Shown here one piece after another: positions 1-9,487 of a stretch of DNA of 64,000 nucleotides (positions within the stretch are counted from its first letter, which is position 1; each line of letters starts with the position of its first letter). The position numbers and the translations under genes were made by a program. The DNA comes from Basidiobolus meristosporus CBS 931.73 (Eukaryota > Fungi > Basidiobolomycota). The stretch spans positions 62,001 to 126,000 of the forward strand of contig MCFE01000213.1 of NCBI GenBank assembly GCA_002104905.1, given 5' to 3'. The notes below the pieces were generated by a model. That model had not been told where the DNA came from. It saw nothing but the letters and a program-made list of their open reading frames with translations, and ran no database searches.

Positions 1-1684
1 TCAACATGAATTCTTGGTACATCCAAGCTGAGTTTTTCTATTGAAAGTGAAGCAGCCGGATCATCAAACGATGGCAAATCGGCAGACTTCGAATTTTCCT
101 CGGCAATCCGAGGAATGCCTGGGGACAATGAAGTCCGAGGGCTGGGACTAGGGCTGCGACTTTGACTCGATATGTCTCGACTCTCTACGCTCATAGAATC
201 TGAAGAACGGCTCCATCGTCTGCTCATACGGTTGACGATAGTAATTACCTCTACAGCTTTGCGAAGTGTACGACGAGGATTGAAATTTTCGCGTACGTTA
301 CTAAGGAGATCGACTTCATGCGCAGTTTGACCCGCCAACCATCGATGGTGTAACGCTTGTGCGGCAGTAAAGCGCGTGTCTGGATTAGGATCTAAGAGAT
401 GACTAATAAAATCCTTCGCTGGATGAAAAGCAGAGGCTCAGCTAAGCTGTGGACGAAGAGTCTAAATACAAAAAAGTACCATCTTCAGATACATTGCACC
501 AATATTTCTCATCGAACCTATATTTGGCTCTGCGCAGAGCATTTAGATACTCAGGGTGACCTTCCCATCGTTGGAATGGTAGATATCCACAGAGTCTGGT
601 GTTGGTATTCATCTAACTTAGTCCGAGTACGATGAGGGTCAATGTTCATAATGTGAACTTACAGGATGTATGTAATGACTCTACAGAAAAAAGACAAGCT
701 ATGAGCTGATGATTTCCTTAGGAAATTGAATGTAAATGAAATACCAACCCAATGCTCCACATATCAACTGGCTTTCCGTATCCTCTTTTCCAGAGAATTT
801 CTGGCGCTATGTTGGTAGGAACGTGGATGTTAATTGCACAGCCCGTTGCAAAGCATGGAATACATCTTGTCACCTGTGTATCCTCGCGACCCGCAAACAG
901 TTCTTAATATATCTTCATCGTCGGTTACGGATTTCGCAACTCTGAACATCAGTTAGAAAAGGAAGATCTCTAATAGTAAGTATGCATGGTCTCACCCGAA
1001 GTCTACGACCATCAGAGGAGCGTCAGGACTAGGATCCTTGAATAGGAGGTTCTCTGGTTTTAAGTCTACATCAAGGATTGTAGTTTCTCAGTATGCTGAG
1101 TAGTGCTGAAGTATGACCTGCGTAGAAATTACCTCTATGTACAACATTCTCTCGATGTAGATATGCGACGGTATCAATCAAAGTATGCACAACCTTGACG
1201 GCATCTTTCTCCGTGAATTTGCCTTGCTCGATGATTCGATCAAAAAGCTCACCTCCACGAACACTGTAAATTGGGAGTTACTCACCATATCTGACGAAAG
1301 GATCGCAGGAAAGGCCAGGGCAAAGATACTTACAGCTCGAATACCAAATAGAATTTTGTTTTTGATTCGAACCAGTCAATCAAGCCTACCACATTGGGAT
1401 GTTGGAGTTTTTTGACCGTCGCAAGCTCTCTATAAACCATATCCAGGCGATCACCTAAGCGTTCCTTCAGTATAACCTTGATCGCCACCAGTTGTCCTGT
1501 TTTAGTAACTTGAGCCTCCTTCACTTCTCCATAACTGCCAGAACCTAAGAAGAATGTATTTTGTGGGTAGGTTGATTTTACGGCCCTTGGTCTATTTCCA
1601 GATACCTAGTACTTTCCCGATCTTGTACTGCCTTTTTTTTTCGTGGCTAGCTGGTTGTCCTAGAAGTTTATCAACCAAGTTCAT
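1..1684 (-). CDS. cmk1: Ca2+/calmodulin-dependent protein kinase (fungal CaMKI / Cmk1-Cmk2-CmkA type), 3' end outside window
   Basis: Manual GT-AG splicing: exons 1684-1606, 1544-1334, 1263-1133, 1065-996, 941-874, 806-749, 680-663, 595-480, 418-<1; introns 54-70 nt. Translation starts MNLVDKLLGQPASHEKKRQYKIGKVLGSGSYGEV and contains VAIK, GGELFDRI, VHRDLKPEN, DFG, RTVCGSRGYTAPE, DMWSIG and AKDFISHLL. These are followed by NPRRTLRKAVEVITIVNRM (CaM-binding-like helix) and a Ser/Pro-rich tail with no stop before base 1. Confidence 0.92.
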
Positions 1685-2746
1685 ACTCGCTTATACTGGC
1701 TGGATATTTGTAGACAAATGACTAGCAAAGGGTGGAAGTAATAGCGTTATAATGGTATTGGCTATTCTAGTCATGTGGATACCCTATCACCTAACCCTCG
1801 GCGACCAAATCAAGCCAGTTTCAACTCAATGTTCATCAATGAGCTTAGCCAATGGACAGCAGGCTCGCACACAAGTATAATCAGGATATAGAGAGCATAT
1901 GTAAAACGATTGGTTTTGGCTAGGATTATAGAGACATCAATATCCAAGCCCATGTGCCTCTATACCCGGGTTTCATGGCCAGCATATGTATAGATAATCT
2001 AAGGGCTGATTTAAGATCCCTTATCATCCAATAGCTCCACTACCACTCCAGCATACAAGCAGGTAAATCTTAGCATCAGAGGTAGCGTGTAGAAATCGCT
2101 TCTCATAAATAAGTTGCGTAGCTTATGTGTAAGCATCTTGGTGAAAGGACGACTATTGCACAAGCGGGGCTAGTAATCAGTGCAATTACTCAATGTAGAA
2201 TACAAACAATCCAAAGATGGTGATTGGCTTCAGGCACATGGTCCTGTTCTTTGAATCGTAATCTGCCAATTTAATCATGAATAGATCAAGTGAATATCTA
2301 TATGCAAAATACTCAACGTGACCCCCTCCGCCATACCAGACCCCTGTTCTCTCGGTATTCGGTAAGAGTTTCGCATTAGGATCAAGAGATTCCCTCGATT
2401 GCTGAAACAGACGCATGATCAAAACGGCTTGAACGTTGTTTGTAACATATTGGCTTATATGCATCATCAGTAACAATACCTCATCGACAAGGAAATATAC
2501 CGCTTGTGAAATACGGAAGCCACGATTCTAACCGTTTCGGCTATAGAGATAAATGCTCAAAGGATCAATGTTCCGCCCATTCTATTTTCATTTCTCTTTT
2601 TCTATCAGAATATCTAACAGACATTCTGAGCCAAGATTCCTTCAGAATCACAGTGTTTCGAAGCCATACTTTTTTAGTTGACTGTTCTGGTGGGTGGTGA
2701 ATTGTTCCTGGAAAGCAGCATATTTCTAAGCAATACTATTGTAGCG

Positions 2747-3283
2747 ATGAGACCACATATGTTCCTCTGGGCACTGCTAGGCTTTGTTTTACCAAACGCG
2801 CCCTTAGGCTCAGCACGGTTAAGTAAGTTACCATCTTCTAGATACCGAGCACAATAGAATATCTTGATGCTACGCTTCAGGCCAATCATAGTCATCAACG
2901 TTAACCTGTTATTTTCTCAAGTCCATGGAACCCCACGTCAATCATACAAAGGGTTGGTGCTACTAGAGCCAAAAGCTTTAAATATCGAATATAAACACGA
3001 AATCCCGTTGGTAATTTCCGCGGAGGAGAAGCTTGAACAACCGCCCGTATGCTTGGCAACTCAGCATGCCTCGGCAATTGAAATCAAGACAGTAAGGCTT
3101 GACAAAGTGATTGGCAATGTATACAACTACACCATCATTTCCGAGGGAGAGCTCCCGCGTTCCGCCAGCGTTTCACTTACTTGTGAAGCGTTAACCAAGG
3201 GGGCCCAGCCTAGCAAAGTTACATTAAACCAGGATTTTGTATTTAAGCACTTCTCAGATACAAAAAAAGGAATCAGCAAATAG
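2747..3283 (+). CDS. Putative small secreted protein of unknown function (2 exons, ~145-157 aa)
   Basis: ATG at 2747 opens a signal-peptide-like MRPHMFLWALLGFVLPNAPLGSAR. One intron (either 2823-2921 with GTAAGT donor, or 2818-2880) joins it in frame to ORF 2864-3283 (HGTPRQSYKGLVLLEPK...TKKGISK*). No family recognised; the gene model is inferred. Confidence 0.35.
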
Positions 3284-3956
3284 ATTCAAATCCCTCGTGG
3301 AATAATAACATATTCTATAAAACTGCCAATAAACATTCGTAGAAATCAGCTTGGGTACATGTGTCTCTCGCACTGCACTATCCACTTGGTGATCAAGTGT
3401 AACATGTGGGCGACCAAGTGGCTTTCAGCCATACAGTCCAATACAGTCATTCCTTGGCCCGAATCTACCGTGGCAGATGGTTCGAGGCCAACCAAATTTA
3501 GCTGATATTCCCTTCTCCCAAGTTACACGCCAGATAGGTATATTGGTTGTTCCATGTTTTGTTTTCCCGCCTCAGATGATTAGCCTATATACAGGTTTCT
3601 GGTGGCTCACTGGACTGCGAATACGGTGTATTTGGATTTATTATCTCAAATAGTCAATGACAGAACCCAAGTATGAACAAGGCGGGTTCTGTAACAATGA
3701 TCGGGAAAATGGATATTTTCGTTTAACCAGCCTTGCGTTTCAAGCGGACAAATTGATTTGTACATAATGTGAAGTATCTGAAAGAGGGTTGCATTTGGCC
3801 TGAAAAGTGTCGGATGCCCGAGTAAAGGGTATAAAGCTTTGGTATGGAGGTGGGTGTCGGCAAAGAGGGATAGAAACAAAATACATGGAATGGGGCAAAA
3901 ATCTAACAAAAGCTTTTATACAAAATACCGGAGGGAATTTTCGGCTTGGCCACTTC

Positions 3957-5327
3957 TCAGCAGGGGTAGAAAGGATTTTCTCGACTCTGCGTCAAATCCA
4001 ACTGGTCATTGATAGGTAGACTGTAGGCACTTGACTGGGACAAACAATTATCAGAGTCGCTATAGTAGATATTCATGTCAGGCTCGCTGTTGAACCCTTG
4101 GTTGAGAGCCTGATAACTTTGGAGCTGGTTTTCCGCAAACATCATGTCAATAGAGCTTGATCTGGTAGGCGTCCAACCAATGATGCTGGGATCCTCAAAT
4201 GATGATTCCATCATGTTGGGTGTACACGGCGAGTCCATGCCAAAGTTTTCAGACATATCGTTCCCCAAAAGGTCAAGGATGGCATTTGGATCACAGCCTG
4301 AGTAGAACGAGGTTTCGGTTTCGGTGAAGCTGTTACTTGGGGTGAAGAGTTGGCCGTTGTAAAACGATTGAGGAGCATTCACGAATTTTGGTGTGAAGAG
4401 TTTAGCCTCAACGTTCATACTCATTTGAGGAGTAGCTTCGCCGGCTGGTGATGGGTTTGCACTTGGAATCGCCAACGGAGACTGCGAGGGTCGGGATGAT
4501 GCTTCGGGCAACTGAACCATCTGAGAATACGACCCAGCCTTTACTCGGGTACTGTTGTTGTGGCCAAAGCTTTTTCTTTTAGTTGATAGTCTATAAGACG
4601 ACTTCAGATTTTGGGGGGTATTCAGCTCCTCAGGAACAGCTTTCTTGATTTTCTTCTCATTGGAATTTTCGGTGTCTTCCTCCAGGTCACGCTTGTTCAC
4701 CCTTTCGCCTTTCTCGCATGTGGCGTTGCTTTTGGGCACCGAGGCACTATCTTTGTCGTGCTTCTTTTCTAGGTCGTAGCCTTTTGGAATGTCCAGCTGA
4801 CCATTTTTGAAGAACTTTTGGTAGTCTTCCTTCACAATCCAGTAGCTCCCTTTTCCAGGAGTACCCTTCTCCTTCGGAAGTTGTTCGAATGCTCGGTGAA
4901 GCGACAGATTATGGCGAATAGAGTTCTACACGAGAAGACCCCGGTTTAGTGTACATATACCAAAAACGCATTATTGCCACTTTACCTGCCACTGCTTACT
5001 GCAGTACTGATAGTATACGTAGTGTTGTTTAATGTAGGTATAAATATCTTGTAGGAGTAGGCGCTGTTCTGGTGAACTTAATATAGCCTGGGTGATGAGC
5101 GAAGCATAAGTGAAATCTGGCTCAAGCACCATGCCTTTCGGAGTAAAGGCGTAGTTGCGTTGTGAATTGTGGGAGTGAAATGGGATTTCGTATGGATAAA
5201 TATCGGTGACTGGGGTAGAAGGAAGACTAGAGAAGGAACAGTCGGAGGTAACTGAGGATTCTCTTGAATAACTAGGTAACGACATGACCTCATGTGCGAA
5301 ACCAATATAGTCTGTGAATTGTTGCAT
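3957..5327 (-). CDS. Forkhead (winged-helix) transcription factor, ~436 aa, no FHA domain seen
   Basis: Exon 5327-4986, intron 4985-4926 (GTAAAG...GTAG), exon 4925-3957. The joined domain EPDFTYASLITQAILSSPEQRLLLQDIYTYIKQHYVYYQYCSKQWQ|NSIRHNLSLHRAFEQLPKEKGTPGKGSYWIV matches the forkhead signature. A basic stretch and a low-complexity S/P/N-rich tail follow. Start codon chosen as the first in-frame ATG; the frame is open further upstream. Confidence 0.88.
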
Positions 5328-6976
5328 CGTTTGAATCAGTGGTGTGGAAGCGAATATAGGATGGTGGAAGTTGATGTGGTATGAAGGGGGAATGAAAGAA
5401 GACAAGCCAGCTAGGTCTGTGCTATTTTTGTAAACAGAAGAATCACCAGGACTATACGATCGCAAGTTTTGTTGGCCAGCATTGTTTGGAGTTTTATATG
5501 ATCGGGGTTTATCAGGGATTTACCACAGGGGGATCCCCTGGTCAGATAAGCGATGGCCGAGAATTCGATCCGAGAAGAGCTGGTGGTGAGACAGAATTTT
5601 GTCTGGAAGAGACCAACAGATTGTGGATGTAGCTGTTACAAAGCGGATAGCCGATTTTCCATTGTACGCGGTCTACTCTTGAGAAAGAACTGCCCATAGT
5701 CCATCCGTTCTAAAGAGTTGTGCTTATAGCCATTTTCTGGTAGACTATCGGCTTTGATGTAACACTATACATATATCAGTCGATCATAGGCTCTCGGGGG
5801 ATAAATTTGATACCTACCACTGACGAAGCCATCCACCTGGCATTATGAACCTGATCTGCTCAAAACGTAACTGCCCACTCATAGAGTAAACAAATCCGAG
5901 GCTCCATAGCCAATCAATGGTGTATCAACAAAGGGGGCAGGGGAATTTCTGCCAATCAGTGGGTCCCCCTATCTTTTGGGCGTAGTATTTATTTGGACTT
6001 ATGAGCGTGTCCAATCAAGTAGCAATGATCTTGGGTTAGGTTACTCCCATCCGTGGGCAGGGTATCTGGATAAACTTGTAAACTTGTACATATTATTCAT
6101 ATTTATGGAATGATGATTCGCCTTGACTCTGAACTGGTGATAGATTTGCCGACTGACTCTCCAAACGCTAGCATAAATGCAGCGTTGATTAATATGCCCG
6201 GTCCTGCATTAAGCAAGTAGGATTTCAAGTTAGCAGGCGGTACGATTATATATAGCTTTTACCATTGTATATAGCTCGTAATATCATAGTAATGCTTGAA
6301 AGGAAGCCTATAAACCACGGTTGTATCGAATATTAGGCACTTGGATGCCATTTTGAAAATCTCCACCTCTTCCAAAAACAACCACCATCAAAAGCTAAAT
6401 GGATATTAGCACGAAATCGATCCTTTTGGCCGAATCACTGACCAATAGATTCTTAGATACTGTATGAGAATATACCTTGCCATTGGGCTGTATATCTAGC
6501 ATATATAACCAGAGTAATATCTCAAAATTAGTCGCACACTGTTGAAAGGAATTCAACAGTGATCAACTTGAGTTTAAACATGTTTTTTACTCGGGTTGTT
6601 TGCCATATCCTCATAACAAAAGCTGGTATTATTCAACTTACGATATAAGAGGATTGCCAAGGCAAAGTAATATAGATATTTTGTGCCTGTGCATATACTG
6701 ATTATATAGATATAGATCACGCATTTCATATTAAGGGCTCAAATAAAGGTCCCTCAATATTTCAATTGTCTTGCTTGCTTCTAGGGCCAAGTATATACAA
6801 AGCGAATTAGTCTAGACCTGAAAGAACCTATGGATGCGTCTCCATCACTTATATAATACTCAAACAATACGGCTTGCAAGCTGTAGACTTTTGCTGATGC
6901 AAGCAGCAGATCTTCAATGCTTTGTAACAGATCAAATATTCTAACTTGCTCAAGTAAACAAAACTGTACAACATAC

Positions 6977-7437
6977 TGTTATAAACTTCATGATTACACC
7001 CGAATAGTTACCAAACTTAGTCACTTTGATTTCTGTCTACAAAGATTAGTGAATTCTGGTCAATTCCTTGTTGGGACTTACTTTGAATATTTTCACCCAA
7101 ACATCAAGTACCCAGAGCATGAGACATCTTAAGAATGACCAAACAGCCTCAATCTTTGCACATATGCTCTTGGGGCCTTCCTAAACTGAAATTTTCCATG
7201 TGATGAAAATTTGGATGGATCTAACTACACAGATCAGAGGTGAAGATGATGATGGTACTACATTAGCAAGGCCTTTGCTATATTCTTATGGGAGAAGATT
7301 GCCTTCCTAAGAATGTAGCAGTGGAAGCCTTAAAGTACTACAAAAAGAATAAAGTGCCTTCAACTGCATTTACCTTAGCATTTAAGACAAATTGCTAATT
7401 CAATGCTCAAGAGAAAAACAGCAAAGAATGTCTGGAA
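6977..7437 (+). mobile_element. Oldest Copia element (Copia-B), left part: truncated LTR plus decayed gag start
   Basis: TGTTATAAAC start; LTR motifs shared with other Copia LTRs here (GTTGGGACTTACTT..GAATATTTTCACC, AATCTTTGCACATATG); then a degenerate LDGSNY...KLLIQCSR gag. It is split by the Copia-A insertion at TGGAA. Confidence 0.7.
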
Positions 7438-7526
7438 TGTTGTAAAAATTTGTAATTCCACCTAGATATTCACCTAACTTAGTCACTTAGATCATAACCT
7501 TCAAATCCTAGGGAATACTGACCAAG

Positions 7527-8055
7527 TGTCATGATCACATGACAACCATGAACACCCATGCCAAGTTTCAGCTTCCCAGCTCAATTTCTAAGAGATTCCT
7601 TCCGGAACCTTCTACCACCTTCCAGAAAGTTCCTGACCATTCCAAACCATTGTTACACAATGGAACATTCCATGGAAGCTTTCCATTGTATTTTTTATAG
7701 TCCAGTACCATATATGGAAATACCAGGTCACATGACTTAGTCACATGATCAGGTGACCCAATCCATTTCCCCATCCTGTCTCAGTACCGTGTCATCTATG
7801 TCATTATCCCCAGCACCATTGCTGTGCCTCACCCCACAACCCCATTAGTATTAGCTAACATCTCTCGGCATCAATATAGCCAAAAAGTATATATAGTCCT
7901 ATCCCCCCTTAAGTATTCCTCAGTCTGATAAACACAGGTCTTGAATAAACAGCCTTGCCTTGGAAATCTGTCTTGCCTTGTTGATCCACACCTAAGTCCT
8001 TTCCTTGTCCTGCCTTGCCTTGCTCTACTCTCCTGCCTTGTGTCTATTCATAACA
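7527..8055 (+). repeat. Chromovirus 5' LTR (TATA 7888-7895, inferred start site ~7922, AATAAA 7944-7949)
   Basis: TG...CA ends, near-identical to 12916-13444; TATATATA and AATAAA read directly. Confidence 0.95.
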
Positions 8056-8057
8056 GT

Positions 8058-8068
8058 TTTATCAGACT
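8058..8068 (+). promoter_or_regulatory. Self-priming primer-binding site (non-tRNA, Tf1-like)
   Basis: TTTATCAGACT is the exact reverse complement of AGTCTGATAAA at 7922-7932, 34 nt after the TATA start. No TGG tRNA-type PBS is present. Confidence 0.8.
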
Positions 8069-8118
8069 CCCCTGACTTACCTGTGGATCCCTGCCTTCTG
8101 CCCAAAGTTTGAAGAAAA

Positions 8119-8438
8119 CTTGTAAAAGGAATACTCACCGTAAGTATCACCCATCATCTTTCCCTAGTCTTGTCCTATAAAGGCAAAGATACTTTATCTT
8201 TGTAAAACTATTGGTCAAAGCTGCATTCACTTTATTACCCTGCTGGTGGAGTTTACAGTTGTTACAGTATTGGAAGCTTTAGTACAATACTCTATCAAAG
8301 GACGTTGAAACCAGTACCTTCTGAAGTGACGCTAACTTATTTAAGTTGGGGATTGTGGCTCAATAGTTGTATTCTTGACATACTAGTGGCTTTACAAACC
8401 CACAACCTAGTTTAGTATATTCCAGTATTCCTTGCAAG
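8119..8438 (+). ncRNA. Candidate structured cis-acting leader RNA (also present in Gypsy-C U5)
   Basis: Identical blocks of 26, 17, 15, 15, 11, 10 and 9 nt shared in the same order with the reverse complement of 25349-25676, 55497-55824 and 62174-62501. The ends pair (AAGGAATACT/AGTATTCCTT). Function unknown. Confidence 0.65.
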
Positions 8439-8461
8439 TTCACCCGCCTTCCTCTGCTACC

Positions 8462-9394
8462 ATGTCCAACCTAGAGCTGAACTTTGCCCAGCTCATGGCT
8501 GCCTTTACCCAACTGCAGCAAGACCATGCAGACCTCAGAAACACTCTTGCTCAGTTCCAGAACCAAAGTGTCCAGCAAACTAGCCAGGTCCCAGTCTACC
8601 AAGAACCCAAGTATACTCCTGCTACCAAGTTCAATGGCTCTCAGAATGAATTCCGTGGCTTCATCAACATGGTGAAGAACAACCTTGCACTCCAGCCCAA
8701 CCGGTACCCCACTGACCAGGCCAAAGTTGGTTTCATCTCCAACCTGCTTACTGGTACAGCTCTCAAGTGGTTCTCCCCATTAGTGGAGACCAACTCTCCC
8801 CTACTCAGAGACTACCAAGCCTTTCTCACTGAAATGGAGCTAACATTTGGTAACCTTGACCAAGCCAGAACTGCTGCCAACAAGATCAAGACCCTCAAGC
8901 AAGGGAACAAGCCAGCATCAGTCTATGCCTCAGAATTCCGACAACTCTCCAGTGACCTCAGCTCCTGGGGTCAAGCAGCCTTGATTAGCCAATTTCAAGA
9001 TGGCCTCAATGATGAAGTTTGTGATCTGCTACTCACACTCCCAGATCCGGATACATTGGTTGAAGCTATGCACCAAGCAATCCGGTGTGATAACAGACTA
9101 TTCCAGAAGAAGCAAAAGAACCGTCAAAGACACATTCCTGTTGCATTCCCAGCTCCTCCTGCTCCCCAAGTCACTCCAGAAGATCCTATGCAGATTGATA
9201 GTGCCAAATACAAGAAACTATCAAAGAGTGAAAAGTCCAGACGTCAACAAGCCAACCTCTGTCTATACTGTGGCCAACCAGGTCACTTTGCCAAGTCCTG
9301 CCCCAACAAGAAGTCCAGCTTCAAGCTGATGCAGTCCTCCAGCAACCAACCTGATCCAGATCTGTTGGGAAACTCCAATGTCCAGTTGCACTGA
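8462..9394 (+). CDS. gag: Chromovirus Gag (PEG10/sushi-like capsid with CCHC zinc knuckle), 310 aa
   Basis: ATG at 8462; capsid-like [12 protein letters not shown]...[23 protein letters not shown]; zinc knuckle [14 protein letters not shown]. Confidence 0.95.
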   Translation: MSNLELNFAQLMAAFTQLQQDHADLRNTLAQFQNQSVQQTSQVPVYQEPKYTPATKFNGSQNEFRGFINMVKNNLALQPNRYPTDQAKVGFISNLLTGTALKWFSPLVETNSPLLRDYQAFLTEMELTFGNLDQARTAANKIKTLKQGNKPASVYASEFRQLSSDLSSWGQAALISQFQDGLNDEVCDLLLTLPDPDTLVEAMHQAIRCDNRLFQKKQKNRQRHIPVAFPAPPAPQVTPEDPMQIDSAKYKKLSKSEKSRRQQANLCLYCGQPGHFAKSCPNKKSSFKLMQSSSNQPDPDLLGNSNVQLH

Positions 9395-9487
9395 CAGGCT
9401 TGCAACTGGACCCACCCATGAAAATCCAGCATATCCAAGAATCTTCCTTTGCCACAAAATCTATCCAGTCCTTGAGAATGCCTGTCA
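9367..9487 (+). promoter_or_regulatory. -1 programmed ribosomal frameshift signal
   Basis: G GGA AAC at 9367-9373 in gag phase; 7-nt spacer; perfect 10-bp stem 9381-9390/9401-9410; loop TGACAGGC complementary to GCCTGTCA at 9480-9487. Confidence 0.85.

Noticed and set aside
399-1415. Plus-strand ORFs over the kinase gene
   Set aside because: Antisense shadows of the spliced kinase.
2186-2476. Minus-strand ORF with protein-like stretch GVWYGGGGHVEYFAYRY
   Set aside because: No upstream exon chain with canonical splice sites kept the frame open, and no family was recognised; left unannotated.
7558-7774. Identical small ORFs here and at 12947-13163
   Set aside because: Duplicated only because they lie in the LTRs; no coding features.
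8347-8400. tRNA-like start GGGGATTGT(G/A)GCTCAATAG in the shared motif
   Set aside because: No anticodon arm or T-loop follows; not a tRNA gene.
8119-8438. Assignment of the shared motif to hammerhead, group I, group II or RNase P RNA
   Set aside because: No CUGAUGA/GAAA core, no group I P/Q/R/S elements and no group II domain V were found; only a superficial RNase P P4-like pairing. Left unassigned pending a covariance search.
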